DNA of 64,000 nt from the human T2T-CHM13v2.0 reference genome, Homo sapiens: NCBI RefSeq assembly GCF_009914755.1, contig NC_060947.1, one strand, 5' to 3'. The translations under genes and the position numbers were made by a program. Positions within the stretch are counted from its first letter, which is position 1; each line of letters starts with the position of its first letter. A model generated the notes under the pieces. It made no database searches. It was not told the DNA's origin and was given only the letters and a program-made list of their open reading frames with translations. Shown here piece by piece: positions 18,153 to 34,831 of the stretch.

Positions 18153-18288
18153 CTAACAGTTGAAGTATAAGGTACAAGGTTTTCAAACCCTCTTGATAAC
18201 AGTTGGTTTTGGTTCACAGTAAAGCCACTGGTGATTGTGGTAGTAGTGTTGGTGGTGAAAGTGGCGGTGGTAGTCGTTGAAGTTGTAA
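18153..18288 (-). CDS. NUP62CL: NUP62CL coding exon, Thr-rich linker: (F)TTSTTTTATFTTNTTTTITSGFTVNQNQLLSRGFENLVPYTSTV(S)
   Basis: ttttccAG acceptor, AG|gtaagc donor; phases 1 and 2 fit the flanking exons. Confidence 0.92.
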
Positions 18289-20431
18289 CTGGAAAATAAA
18301 GTGTATAATGTTAGTAAGAAATGAGAAATTTGTTTCATTTAAGCCTTGATCATTCAGATTTAAAATTATGGAGGCATTTTTAAAAATACAAATTTGAACT
18401 CAAAGATGCAGATTTGAATTCAACACTGTTGTAATATGAAATAATAAATGGCAGGCCAGGTACCTGGATTAACTTTCCAGCTGAAAATCCTGGATAAATT
18501 CATAGAAAAATAAAACTTCTAACCAGCCCAATAACCATGAAAGAAATCAAATCAATCCTAAAAATTCTTCTCATAAAGGAAACTCCAGTCCCAGATGCCA
18601 CTGCTGGTAAGTTTTATGAAACTTTCAAGAAAAGAATAATTGCAATTTACAAAAGATCTCTGTACATCTATATCTTTGCATATTTACATGACTGTATCTG
18701 TGTAATTAATTCCTAGAAATAAAATTTCTAGATCAAAGTGTCAGCATGCTCTAAATTTTAACATAACTTGCCAAATTGCCCTATCTAAACAATTTTGCCA
18801 ATTTATGTCCCTATCAATAGGAAAGAGTGCCTATTTCTTTATACCACAGCCAATACTAGGCATGCATTTTTGCAAACCCTAGTCAAAAGCCTCTCAAAGC
18901 TTTATCTACAGCCCAGACTCTCTCCTATATGTCTTTTTCTGTTACACCCCTATTAGAATGTCCTGCTCTCTATAGATAAAATCCTAAGTATACTTCATGG
19001 CTTGACTCAAATTCTTTGTTCCCCATATTTATCACCCACTTCTCTCCTACTCATAGTTTCCTTTGGTTTTCTAAATTTCTGCAGCACTTTTGGTTCTTAC
19101 TACACACTGAGCACTTAATGAACAAGGCACAGAAAATTGTGGCTGCTAGGGCATTGGGAAGGTTTTATTTTCTTCTTTTTGGTTCTCTGCATTTTCAAAT
19201 GTTCTTACAACTAGTAAATGCTGCTTCTGTAACAAGAAATATGTTATGAAAATATAACGTACATGATTGTTTGTTTTATGTTAGCTTTGCTTTCCCAATT
19301 AGCAATAGTTTCAGGTTAATGGCCACACTGGATAAATGCATAAACCATGGTGCCTGCTGCAAGCACTGACTACTCTGAGGGAGGCTGGCCTGAGGGAACA
19401 TTCCTGCTGAGGGAACAAGCTCAAATACCCATTCTTTGTTCCAGATAACTCTGTCCTTTTTGTTCCTGGTTCAAAGTTGACTGGGCAGGATGGCCAACTG
19501 AAGGATGGGAAGCCATCCAATGTACTACTAGCAGCCTACCTGAGGGTCTGGCACAAAAAGCTCTAGTGAAACAGGATTAATATGAGTCAGAATTTCATTT
19601 TCAAAAATTTAGCAATACGGAAAAATCTGACTCTAGGCAGATACTGGGAAATATTTCCAAAAGTATAGAAGGAATCCAACTATAGGCAAAAAGACTTGAT
19701 AGGACTGACAGAAGAAGGAGATGAAGTAGAAGTAAGGGACCATGAGCAAGTCACAATTAAGAATAAGGTACAGCAGGAAGGCAGAGAAAGAGGTAAGGAA
19801 ACCAATGAGAAATTTAAAAAAAGAAAAAAGTAGACAAAGGGAGAATAACCGAATTATGTATATGCAATGTTTGATTTGGGAGGTCCCTAAAGCTGCCTTA
19901 AGAATAATCTTAAGTTCCAATTTCCTTAAGGTAACAGTGTCGTGGCAATGACTTTACTTGAATTCCACAAGACTCCATTTCCTTTTTGGCCACAAAGGTT
20001 CTTATGATAATTCCCCATTCTTTATGTTAGCCCTTGTGAGGGTAAAATGTGCACCACAGAGGAAGACCATGCCCAATCACAAAGAAGCCCAGGAGTCACT
20101 ATGGTTAGAACAGTGGAGAGATTACAGATTGGATCTTGTGTGATATTCTTTACAACCATAAGTCATCATTTTATTCATCTGAGAACAAAAATCTTACCTG
20201 AAAGGAAAACCTTCCTCACAAATGCTAAAAATTAATGATAATGCCAATAGACTCCCTTTATTGATTAATTCAACCAAACACTGAGTAACTACTGCATTCA
20301 AGACAGAAAGAAATTTTTTTTTAAAAAAAATGAGCCCTTCTTGTAAAGGAGAATATCTTCACCCAAAGATGGTTTTCTAATAAAGTAATCTGTACTTCCT
20401 AACATGGATAGATATTCAAAGATATATAATT

Positions 20432-20672
20432 GGCTAGGCATGGTGGCTCACACCTGTAATCCCAGCACTTTGGGAGGCCGAGGCAGGTATATCACTGGAG
20501 GTCAGGAGTTTGAGACGAGCCTGGCCAACATGGTGAAACCCCATCTCTACTAAAAATACAAAAATCAGCCAGATGTGGTGCACACCTGTAATCCCAGCTA
20601 CCCAGGAGGCTAAGTGAGCGACAGAGCGAGATTCTGTCTCAAAAAAAATAAAAGAAAAAGAAAAAAAAAAAA
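20432..20672 (+). mobile_element. AluS with a right-arm deletion
   Basis: Alu sequence with A tail. Confidence 0.9.
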
Positions 20673-20887
20673 GATGTGTACTTAAGAGGAAACAGCAAAT
20701 TCTAAGAATGTGTACACACACACACACACAGAGTATGGTACCATTTTTATAAAACAAATTTAATGTATGTATATGCTTAGAAAAATGTCTAAAAAGATAA
20801 ACTGTTCTCTCTAGAGGGAGTGATATGTATATATGCATGTACGAATTGTTTTTACCTATAAGCAGCCCAAACATAAAGGAATCCTGA

Positions 20888-21215
<328 letters not shown>

Positions 21216-21866
21216 TATTTTAACTTTTTATACAGTTTTATTTTTGTTATCTTTCATGCTATTTTTAAAGGCATAAATTAACTCTGGCATATTCAAATAA
21301 TATTTCAATTAATACCAAATAAAGGAATGGGTTTGAAAGTTCTATCACAGTCTGATTTTGCAAATTACAACTTTGGTCTTAACCAGTTAATACAGTCAAT
21401 CCTACAATATCTGTGTAGTAAAAGGGAAGTATGGTTCTAAAAATAATACAAAAAACTACACACTAAATTTGAACTCACATTTAAAAAATAATGAAAATAG
21501 CCTTTAAAATATTCTACTATCAAATTTTCCTATCCTGTCCCTGATCAACAACTATACATCTCAATCCATGCTGGAAATGGACATCATCACCTTCCCAAAC
21601 TATAAAAATCAAATTTCTCTTAAAATTTGCTGATTATATCTAGGGCAGACAGTAATCCCAAATGGCTGTAAATCTACAGATACAGATGCTTGAAAGCTGC
21701 TCTGCAGGACTGGTTAGTGAGATGAAGAATCTGAATAAGTAAATACACTTGAAGAGAAAGAAAGGTAAGTAGGGGGAAGAAAACACCCCAAATTGGGGCT
21801 GTCAGGTTGAGACATACCTAATGGGGAGAAGGGTAAGTGCTTAAGGTCCTGGTGGGTGAAATGGTG

Positions 21867-22230
21867 TGTATTAGTCTGTTCTCATGCTGCTAATAAAGAC
21901 ATACCTGAGGCTGGATAGTTTATAAAGGAAAGAGGTTTAATTGACTCACAGTTTCACATGGCTGGGGAGGCCTCAAAATCATGACAAAAAGTGAATGAGG
22001 AGCAAAGTCACATCTTACATGGTGACAGGCAAGAGAGCTTGTGTAAGGGAACTCCCTTTTATAAAACCATCATATCTTGTGAGACTTATTCACTATCACA
22101 AGAACAATATGAGAAAGACCTGTCCCCATGATTCAGTTACCTCTCACCAGGTCTCTCCCACAACACATGGGAATTATGGGAGGTACAATTCAAGATGAGA
22201 TTTGGGTGAGGACATAGCCAAACCATATCA
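21867..22230 (-). mobile_element. THE1 (ERVL-MaLR) solo LTR
   Basis: TGTATTAGTC...CCAAACCATATCA ends; 5-bp TSD TGGTG. Confidence 0.92.
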
Positions 22231-22546
22231 TGGTGCTAAGGGATGGGCTAGTGGCAAAAGTAGTATTTGTAGGAAGGAATTTGAGACTTATATAGATAAG
22301 GGCTGGGTATGACAGCATCATCAAAGAGGCTGCCCATTCATATTTCAGTGATTCAACCCATGACTAAAAGAATCAGGGTTTTTTTTTTGGTCATTGTTTT
22401 ATGGGGAAATGTGTTACATTTTTTGCAAATATGGTAACTTGTAATGTTCTTATGACACACCCTTCACAAGTCTCATACATTGGCCAGTTAGTCTACTAAA
22501 CAGTAGAAACTCATAAGGTCATGTAAAAGAAGAAATAAAAAGATGA

Positions 22547-22842
22547 GGCCAGGTGTGGTGCCTCAAGCCTACAAGCTGAGCACTTTGGGAGGCCAAGGTG
22601 GGAGGATAGCTTGAGCCCAGGAGTTTGAGACCAGCCTGGACAATGTAGTGAGACCTCATCTCTACTAAAAAAAAAAAAAAAAAAATCAGTTGGTCATGGT
22701 GGTGCATGCCTGCAGTCCCAGGTACTCAGAAGGCTGAGGTGGGAGGATCACTTGAATCCAGGAGATTAGGCTGCAGTCAGCTATAATCACGCCACTGCAC
22801 TCTAACCTGGGTGACAAAGTAAGACTGTATCTTAAAAAAAAA
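22547..22842 (+). mobile_element. AluJ
   Basis: Alu dimer. Confidence 0.9.
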
Positions 22843-23517
22843 GGGAGGGATGATATACATGTCTGTTTAGGAATAATTATTTTAAGCTTAAACGGGATTG
22901 ACTTTTAGTTTAAGCCAGATTAAAAAAGATTCATTTAATCCCTAAGTAAACTTCTTACAGTAAAAACAAACAAGACTTCTCCAAAATGGAGTCTAACTTA
23001 AAAGACAGGTTTGAGTAGATGACCCCTTACCACCCAGCTCTAATAGCTACGGGCAATGGATAACCAAGTTTTCTTCCATCTACAACCTAACTAGCTCCTA
23101 ACTGGCAGAAACAAATTTAGAATAGGTCTAGGGAAACTCCTATAACCAACTTTAGAAGAGGGCCAACTTCAATAGAGGTCAAAACTTAAATTAACTTTTA
23201 GAGAAAAAAAAAACTTTATCAGTCTCAACCAGCTAAATACTGTGATCAATAACGAAAATTCTTAAGTTTGATGGTTGGCAAGAATTTGGCAGCTGTTTTG
23301 CCTGTAGTCATCTCAAAGAAGTAGCATCATTGATATCAACTGTCTCATTGTACTCTTTGGCAATCATCTACATAAACATATTGGTGTACCTTTTGGATAC
23401 TCTGATGAGATGGTCAAAACCACTTAGCCCTAAAAGCCATAGAACCTACTTACTGCTTGTTATGAAGCACATTTCCAATGAGAGCCCCAAGACATCCTGA
23501 TAATTCTAAAATCTTAC

Positions 23518-23616
23518 TAACTGCAGTAGGAGCTGCTCCACCTGCTCCAGGGAATTTTAATGCAAATCCCAAGGTTATAATATCAAGTGTTCTAGCCGAA
23601 GTTGTTGGAGCACCAA
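23518..23616 (-). CDS. NUP62CL: Candidate in-frame NUP62CL cassette exon: (F)GAPTTSARTLDIITLGFALKFPGAGGAAPTAV(I)
   Basis: ttctctgcAG acceptor, A|gtaaga donor, 99 nt, phase 1-1, no stop. Resembles NUP62 AGAPTAGTQGFSLKAPGAA. Confidence 0.55.
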
Positions 23617-23744
23617 CTGCAGAGAACAACATAATATTAACTATTACCCTTTAAATCAAAAACAGTGAGAAATTTATATAGTCTTTTTCATCTGAAGAGT
23701 CCTTTAGAAACTTTTGGTTAAACTTCAAAAAACCATGGTCAAAC

Positions 23745-23965
23745 CATTTACATGAAATGTCCAGAAAAGGCAAATATATGGAGATGGAAAACAGATTAGT
23801 GGTTGTCTGTGGCTGAGGGATCTTACTGCAATGATGGAAATGCTCTAAAACTAAATACAGTGATGGTTACACAATTCAATAAACTTACTAAAATTTCTGG
23901 ATTGCATACTTAAAGTGAGTTAATTTTATGATGTGTAAGTTATAATTCATTAAAGTTAATTAAAA
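23745..23965 (+). mobile_element. Old L1 (L1M) 3' fragment
   Basis: GAAATGTCCAGAAAAGGCAAAT...AGATTAGTGGTTG motif. Confidence 0.7.
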
Positions 23966-24519
23966 GATATTGTGGTCCCAATATCTTTTCATTTTGTAGA
24001 CAAGGACATCAGAGGGAGAAAAGTGGGGGAACCTGTCAAAGGTCAGAGAGCAAGTTTTGACTGAACATGGAATTAATTCAATAATTTTAACTCCAAACCT
24101 TGGACATGGTCATATTCATGAAATCTATCACAGTTGAGAAGGATACTGCTTACATATATCAAAATGATTCCAGAATCATAGTCATGTCTCAAAATTGAAG
24201 TCTAAGTGGTAGAAAACATAATTCATGTGGTAACCAATCTTAACTAATGCCTAACTATGCCAATAACACAAGAGGATGGTGATGGTTAATTGAGCACTAT
24301 TCATGCTCAATTAAGCATCAAACATTTTCTGGCTAGTTGTATTCCCAGGAATGGAGACAATCTTACTGTCATAGAGCTGGGGAGGGGGGCTATTACAGCT
24401 AGGATTACAACAAAATTTAATGATGAACATTATGATATTGTGAAGAAGAAACCTTGAAAGAAGTCAGTTTATAGAGGCCTGTAAGAAAAAATTGCCTAAG
24501 ACATACAAAATTCAGTATT

Positions 24520-24954
24520 TTCTTTTCTTTTTTTTCTTTCTTTCTCTCTCTCTCTCTCTCCCTCCCTCCCTCCCTCTCTCTCCCTCCCTCCCTTTCTCTC
24601 TCTCTCCCTCCCTCCCTCTCTCTCCCCCTCTCTCTCTTTCTTTCTTCCTTTCCTTTTTTTTTTTTTTGGTTTGACAGGGTGTTACTCCGTCACCCAGGCT
24701 GGAGTGCAGTGGTGCAATCTTGGCTCACTGCAGCCTTGACCTCCTGGGCTCAAGCAATCCTCCCACCTAAGCCTCCCCAGTAGCTGGGACTACAGGCATG
24801 CACCACTATGTCCGGCAAATTTTTGTATTTTTTTGTAGAGACAGGGTTTCACCACATTGCCCAGGCTGTTCTCAAACTCCTGGGCTCAAGCAATCCACCT
24901 GCCATGGCCTCCCAAAATGCTAGGATTACAGGCATAAGCCACTGAGCCTGGCCT
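24520..24954 (-). mobile_element. AluJ with an expanded CT-rich tail
   Basis: Polypyrimidine tract 24520-24667, then reverse Alu. Confidence 0.9.
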
Positions 24955-25589
24955 GAATTCAATATTGTCAACATTTGCTATTACTATACTAATGGAAAAT
25001 GTGTAACAAAGAAGTTGGGGTTACGAGATAATGTCTCACCTCTTAGCTCAAAGCATCCAGATAGATGGTCCTCTTCAGGTGGAGAGGTCACAAGACATTA
25101 CACAATGTCAATTAGAACCCCAAAACTACAGCTGGCCCTTTGTCATGTTCCACTTCTGATAGGTAAAATGTAAGGACCACAAACCAGGTCGGTATCAGAA
25201 AACACACTATAGCAAGGCTCCTACATTTATTTCCCATTTTATCTTAGTCACATGGATAAGGACTTCTTCCCTTCAGAAATACTTGGCAAAACTCCCACTC
25301 TCCCTTCTGTTAATAGCTTCAAGGAGTTGTTTCAATGCATCACAATATTAATGAATTATATGCTTAAAGTTAGCATTTTAAGCTATAATAACCATGTTAA
25401 TATAAAAAATTCACAGCTAAAGCCATGAGAATTAGGTTCTTAAGCAAAGCTACTATTGATATCAGCAATTATAAATGGGTTCAAGAATAATGATAATTTC
25501 TGAGACAGAGATCTGTAGCATATACTGGCAAACTGAGTAAGGTGGCATCATGGGAAATAACAGTATTTTCTTTAGAATTAGTAACTTAC

Positions 25590-25647
25590 ATGAGAGCCCA
25601 ATAGCAGCAGTGGAGGTCAAAGAATTTGATATTGAGGTAAACTGCAT
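25590..25647 (-). CDS. NUP62CL: NUP62CL first coding segment MQFTSISNSLTSTAAIGLS (whole exon 25590-25694)
   Basis: ACC ATG C context, tttttAG acceptor before 25694, T|gtaagt donor. Matches my recollection of the NUP62CL N-terminus. Confidence 0.88.
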
Positions 25648-25929
25648 GGTGCTTGAACTAGTGGTGGTGGCAACAGCAGCTGCTGGAGCCAAACCTAAAA
25701 ATCAAAGTAACAAACAGAAAAATATGTCACTAAAAATAATTTTTAAAAGTAAAACAACATTATGACAAGGTTCATTAATATGGAGAAATAAAAACAAAGC
25801 AAGGAAAAGCAGGTATCCTGAAACCTAATCAATAAGACAGAGTAAAAGCTTGATTTAAAAAACAGTTCATTGGTACTACTTTAGTATAGTCAGTCTTCTA
25901 GCACCATCATAACAAAGAAATTCTACTTT

Positions 25930-28850
25930 ACTGAAAAAGAAGTCCTAAGAGGGGGGATCCACTTCCAGAACTGCAGCATAAAAAGTCCCATGGACCTGTT
26001 CCCAAGTAAATCCATAACCAGCAAAAAGTTCCAGCAAAAAGTTACTTTTTTTTCTTTAAATCGGAAATGGCTGGAAATTGTTTTAAGACCCCAGAGCAAA
26101 TGAAGAAACATTTATTCAAGAAAATCTACTAAAACTCAGTAATGTAACAGTGACAGTCAATGGCATATGAGCCACAAGGCACTCCTTTCCTTTCACCGTC
26201 CCCTTGTCTACCTTGATGGAAGCTACTCTCTAGGGAGGGGTAGCCAAAACTTTACTCCCTCTGACCCCAGCTCCCAATCAAGGAATAGAGTATCCCAATG
26301 GGAGGGAAAGGTAGCCAGCATTTCTTATCACTTCCAACACAGAGTTGAAGGGGTGAAATTCCTGTTCAGTATAGCCAAGAGTTCAGGGGCTCCCTTCCTT
26401 TACTCACAGGGTGGAGACTCTACCCCAAGTAGAGAAGGCTGAGAATACTGAGGCCCCAATCACCCTCACCCTGATTATTCCACCCCAGTTTACTTGCAGG
26501 GTTAAGGTCCACACCTGAAGAGGTAAGCAAGAAGACCAGTGGCTACTGCTACTGCTCAGTACCCAAAGCACTGGCTGAACGATTCTGCCCAGGGATAAAG
26601 GCCATTCATAAGAACAGAGAGCTCCCAAGCCATTCCCCAAATAACTGACTTTATTTGAAACAGAGTGTGAGGACATTCAAGCCCAAAACATTACTATAAA
26701 AAATGGAGATTTGGGAGGTAAACAATTAAGAGGAGGCAGGGAGCTTTATGAGAATAACAATTTAGGGTGTAAGTCGGATAGTTTATCAGAGATAACCAGG
26801 GAAAAAGAAAGCTGAAAAGGTCCGTCCTGAAATCGGAAGAATTAAGTACTGATGTACGCTACAACATGGATGAATCTTGAAAACATTATGCTAAATGTAA
26901 GAAGCCAGACCAAAAAAACAAAACAAAAAGCTTCATATTGTGAAATTCTATTTATATGAAATGTCCAGAATAGACAAATTCATGGACAGAAAGTATATTA
27001 ATGATTCCCAGGGGCTGGGAGGAATGGGTAATGGGGAGTGACTGCCAATGGGTATAGGGTTTTTTTTTTGTGGGGGGGGCGATGAAAATGTTCTCAAATT
27101 ACATAGTGGTGATAGTTGTACACTCTGTGACTATATTAAAAACCACTGGATTGTATACTTAAAACAGTGAATTTTAAGATATGTGAATTATACCTCAATT
27201 ATGCTATTATTAAAAAAAACACATTATCATCTCAATAGAAGCAGTAAAAGCATTTGATAAAATCCAATACCCTTTCATGGCAGAAACACTCAACAAATTA
27301 GGAAGAGAAGGGAGCTTCCTAAACAGGATAAAGGGCACTAATGAATAATCTACAGTAACATCACACTTAATGGAGAAAGACTAAATACTTTCCCACTACC
27401 ATCAGAAACAAAACAAGGATGTCTGCTCTAGCCACTTCGATTCAACAATACATTGAAAATTCTAGCCAGGACAATAGGCAGGAAAAAGAAATAAAACACA
27501 TGTGGATTGAAAAGAAAGAAGTAAAACTATCTCTATTCATAGATGACATGATCACGAATACAGAAAATTCTAAGAAATAAAAAAAATCTACTAGAACAAT
27601 AAACAAGTTTTGTAAGGTTGCAGGATACAAGATTAATATATAAAAATAATTACATTTCTCTATTATAACAATGAACAATACAAAATGAAAGAAATTAAGA
27701 ATATAATTCCATTTATGATTGCTCAAAAGGAAATACTTAAGGACAATTTTTAAATTACATAATGTACACAAAAATATGAAACATCATTGGAAGAAATTAA
27801 AGATGTTCTAAAGGATCTCATGTTTATAGATCAAAAGACTTAATATTGTTAAGATGGTGTGATAGACAGAAAACCAGTCCCCAAAGATGGCCTAATACCC
27901 AGAACTTGTGAACATATCGCCTTACTTGATAAAAGGGATTTTACAGATGGGATTAAGGTTAAAAACCTTGAGATTATCCTGAATTATCCAAGTGAGAAAA
28001 TTTAATGACCCCAATCCCTTAAAGCAGAGAACCTTTCCAGGATGTGGTCAGAGGCAGATGTGACTACAAGAGAATGGTCAGAAAGATACAAAATTGCTGA
28101 TACAAATGGCCAACAAAGCACATGAAAACATGCTCACTATCCTCAGTCATTAGGGAATTGCAAATCAAAGCCACAATGAGATACTACATTATACCCATTA
28201 GGATGGCTATAATCAAAAAGATAGATCAAGTGTTGATGAGGATCCTGTTGGAAATGTAAAATTCTGTACCTCTTTGGAAAACTGTCTGGCATTTCCTCAA
28301 TGCGCTAACATAGTGTTACCGTATGATCCAGCAATTTTACTCTTAGGGATACATATATATGCCAAAAAGAGATGAAACATATATCCACACAAAAACATAT
28401 ATGTGAATATTCATAGCAGTATTATTCAAAATAGACAAAAGGTAGAAACAATCCAAATGCCTATTAACTGATGAATGGATGAATAAAATACAGCATATCC
28501 AAGCAATAAAATTGTACTTGCCATAAAAGGAAAAGTACCACGCTACCATATGAATGAGCTTTGAAAGCATGCTAAGTGAAAGAAGCTAGTCACAAAAGAC
28601 TGAATAATATATTATTCCATTTATAAAAAATATATGATTCCATTACAGAGACAAAATGTAGATTAGTGGTTGCCAAAGACTGGGGAAAAGGAGGAATGGG
28701 CAATGACTGCTAATGAGTAGAGAGTTTCTTTTGGGGATGATGAAAATATTCTAATACGGCCTGTTGTAATGGTTGCATAGCTCTGTGAACCACTGAACTG
28801 TACATTTTAAATGGCTGTACAGTATGTAAAGAATAAATGAAGGTCTGGAA
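25930..28850 (+). mobile_element. Cluster of old L1M fragments with an internal MaLR (MLT1-like) LTR piece at ~27858-28100
   Basis: Degenerate RT-region and 3'UTR sequence; GGGATTTTACAGATGGGATTAAGGTTAA MLT motif. Confidence 0.7.
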
Positions 28851-29350
28851 TAAATTTTCAGAAAACAGATTACCTGCCTCTTTAAAAAGAAAACTATAAG
28901 GATAAATTAATGCATAGTGACACAAATAAGATAGAGTTACTTGAAAGCAAAGTTCATATCTTTTCATCCTCACTGCAGATCAATGCACATGGCACATAAT
29001 AGTAATTGTTCAATAAATGTTTCTGCTGAATTGAACCAACTTTTTCTAGACTCTAACACATAATTACAGATATTCTATTTCACCTTTAAAAGGAAAAAGG
29101 TGCTTAATAAGTAACTGTACTTGCACCTATTATTGCCTGCATTCAACTGTCATGGTGACAAATGATGTAAGATTCTGCTATCCAAAACATCTAGGTCCTC
29201 TGGGGGTGAAAGAAACAGAAAGGAGATGTGGGGAAGGAATTGGAAACTTTACCACATACAAAAGCTACTTAAAATTTACACAGTGCAATATCCCTATGTT
29301 TCATTTAGGAGAAGAACCATATGTACACTTTTAAAGAAATAACCAATTGT

Positions 29351-29658
<308 letters not shown>

Positions 29659-29789
29659 TCATTACCTATCTGAGAGGTTGAATTTTTAATATGGGTTTCA
29701 TTGCTACTTCAATTTTTTCATTTGAAATTGCCTATTCATGTCATCTGCCCATTTTCACATCAAAGAATACTGTCTTATTACTGATATTT

Positions 29790-30345
29790 TTAAATTTTAT
29801 TTTAAAGTTACATAGATATATTGCATAATAGTGGGGGTTGGGCTTCTAGTGTACCCATCACCCAAATAGTGAACACAGTACCCAATAGGTAATTTTTCAA
29901 CCTTTACCCCTACCCCCAACTCTCTCCTTTTGGAGTCCCTAGTGTTTATTATTTTCATTTTAATGTCCATGTGTACCTACCGTTTAGCTCCCACTTATAC
30001 ATGAGAACATGCAATATTTGATTGTCTGTTTCTGAGTTACTTCACTTAGGCCTCTGGCTCCATCCATGATATCACAAACGATATGATTTCATTCTTTTTA
30101 TGGCTGCATAGTCCAATCAACCACTTATGGACATTTAGGTTGATTTCATGACTTTGCCATTGTGAACAGTGCTGCAATAAACATGTAAGTGCAAGTGTCT
30201 TTTTTATATACTGGTTTCTTTTCCTTTGTATAGATACCCAGCGTGGAATTGCTAAGTCAAAAGGTGGTTCTATTTTTAATTCTCTGAGAAATCTCCATAT
30301 TGTTTTCCATAGAAATTGAGACAATTTATACTCCTACCAACACTA
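29790..30345 (-). mobile_element. L1PB/L1MA-like 3' end
   Basis: Reverse L1 3'UTR and ORF2 end (LWKTIWRFLRELKIEPPFDLAIP). Confidence 0.8.
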
Positions 30346-30539
30346 TTACTGATTTTTAATAAAAGTGTATATCAAGGCTATTTATTTTGTCATATGTTGC
30401 AATAATTCCTCTACCCCAGTTTGCCATTCAGTTTTTATTTTATTTTTATGTAGTCAAATCTTTCCATCATTTTTTCTCTCTGGTCTATGTCTCTATATAA
30501 TAGTCTATGTCTTCATATCATGTTTAAAAAGACTTTTCT

Positions 30540-31740
<1,201 letters not shown>

Positions 31741-32719
31741 TAACCAAGGATTTTTTTCAGTTAATCTTTTTAGGCAAAATTCATCCCCTTACCCACAATA
31801 ACTGGTTAGCCAGCTACTGCAATTCATTTATTCACTACTCTTTTCTCTATCTCACAAATTTGAAATGTCACCTTCACAAGCACAGGTTTGTTTCTGCACT
31901 GTACTTCAAAATATTTCACTGATTTTTCTTTCTATCCCTGTTCCATAGCACTAGAATTATTTTATTTTTATGTTACATAATATTTTAAATTTACAGGAAA
32001 AGAATAAATTTATAATAATTTTCACATATTTTCTTGCAAGTTCTCATTACTTTCCTAAAAAAAAAAATAGAGGTGGCTTGTCTCATGCATTTATTCCCCC
32101 ATATAAACTTTAAAATCTTGTCAAGTCCTTCCTTCCTTTCCTTCCCCCAAAGATTCCCATTATGGTTTTACGAGAATTGCATGAAATGTATAGATTAATT
32201 CAAAGATAAATGACATCTTTATCTTATAGGGTCTGAGCATTCAGTGGGTCTTTTCATTTATTCACATCCTCTTTTACATTCATCAGTAAAATGTTGTGGT
32301 TTGCTTCATCTAAGTCATGCATATTTTTAAAAGTTTACTCCTATGCATCTCATACTTTTGGCTGAAATTGTTAATTAGACCTTTCTCCATTATATTTCCC
32401 AACTGCTATTGCTTAAACATGGGAAAGCTATTGATTTTTGTATTATTTATTTTGTAACTGGTCATATTACTGAAACCTCTTTACTATCTCTAATTAAATT
32501 TACACTTGATTTATGCCCGTATTTAAAAATCTTGATCATTTGTCCCAGATACTGGCATAATTTCAGGCGCCTGACCTTAAATCACATACCTAAAGGTAAC
32601 TAGGGGAGCAAATACCACTTAATATGATTTGCTTTTAAGTTAAATGAATCTTAGAAAAGGATTTAAGAGACAAAAACCTTAGCTTCCTAATTAAAGGACA
32701 AGATCAGAGTTGTTCGACA

Positions 32720-32895
32720 TTACCAAATAATTCTTTGCTGTGGGGGACTGAACTATGCACTGTAGGATGTTCAGCAGCATCCCTGGGCTCTGATGCCAGT
32801 AGCATCTCCCTAGTCTTGACAACCAAAAATGTCTCCAGATTTGGCCAAAATTCCCCCATGGTGGGGCCAACTGTCTCCAGCTGAGAACTACTGAA
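32720..32895. mobile_element. MER20-like DNA transposon
   Basis: GCAGCATCCCTGG...GACAACCAAAAATGTCTCCAGA motif. Confidence 0.8.
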
Positions 32896-33417
32896 CTAGA
32901 AGAAGGGTTCAATATCACAATTTCCTCCATCTAGTGCTATAAGGATCCCAAAATCAGCCTTAATTCCTTTACGTTTAAGAACTTAAGAAAATGCCAACTA
33001 TCTTAATAAATAGTAGGACATAGAAAATAGCAGTTTTTTTTAAAAGAATAGAGGTAGTGACCTTACACTACAAGATGGGGGGGCATGCTACAGTAACAAA
33101 AATGGTAGTACTAGAACAAGAAAAAGAGATCAACAGAACAGAATAGAAAGCCTAGAAGCAGAGTCAAGCCAAGTCAAACAATAATTTGGTGTATCAGGAA
33201 GGCAGCAACTTCAATTAATAGAGAAAGGATGTCTATTTAACAAAACACAATGGTTCAATTCACTAATCTCTTAGGGGGAAAAATTAAGATTCTTAAAAAT
33301 ATAAAACACAAAATAACCAAAAAAATAAGAATGTTGAGATGGAAAGGCCTATATGAATAAGCTGTGAGAGAACCCCTAAAAAATGAAAGTTTTGACAACA
33401 TAATAACTAAAATCTTA

Positions 33418-33695
<278 letters not shown>

Positions 33696-33779
33696 AATTA
33701 ATTAAAATCTTAAGGACTTCCATTTCAGGGCAGATGGAGTAGCTGTACTTCTCCCTCTTCTTCCCCCTAGATACAACTA

Positions 33780-33938
<159 letters not shown>

Positions 33939-34798
33939 TTAAAAAAAGAGAAAAAAGTAAAATAAGATAAAAAATAAATAAACCTAAGAAGATTCTGAAA
34001 GGTAGAGAGAAGAAGGCAAACTGGCTAGGGATTCCAAAACCAAAGGAACAATATGGTGGTGAGTTCCCTAGGTTTTCTTTTTGCCTCATATTTCCCAGGC
34101 TTGGAGTTGAACAGGCTGGCAACCCAGAAATGCCAATGGGTATAAATTTTTCAAAAAGCCCTAACAAAAAAGTCTGCTTTTTTTAGACAAAGGGCAAGGG
34201 AGGGGGCAGCCAAGCAAGTCAGAAAACTTTTAGACAATAACCACTCCAACTATAACCAACCACCACAGAAAAATCTGTGGTCCTATCTGCACTCATGCTA
34301 GCAAACACCAGGAGAGCCTAGACACCCACCCTTGTGAGGCTATAATAAGGCATCCCAACACCCTCGCCAGGGTGGTATAAAAGAAGACCAAACTCGAAGC
34401 CAGGTTTTTCATCCCTGCCAGCAGTTAATAAACTCCATCCTCACCTTGCCAGCAGAAACCATGTCGGGGGCAGGAATCCCCACTCCACCTAGCAGTAACT
34501 TGGAGACCCTCATTTCAGGTGTCCACTGAGACCAAGTATGGAAACTGAAGTCCTACTCCCATTCTGCAGTAAAAAGGCAGCACTTCCCCCCCCTCCACCA
34601 GAACAATGTCAAATAAAGCCAGCCAAAGCAAAAGGTTTAAATCAGATCCAGAGTCTCATAACATAGTATGAGAATATCTAGGTTTCAGTTTAAAAATTAC
34701 AAAGATTTTAAAGCATTCATGTAAAACAAATTCATCAACAAACAATTATTAACACACTTCAAACAAATGAAAAAACCCGCCTCAGCACAAAAAAAAGA

Positions 34799-34831
<33 letters not shown>

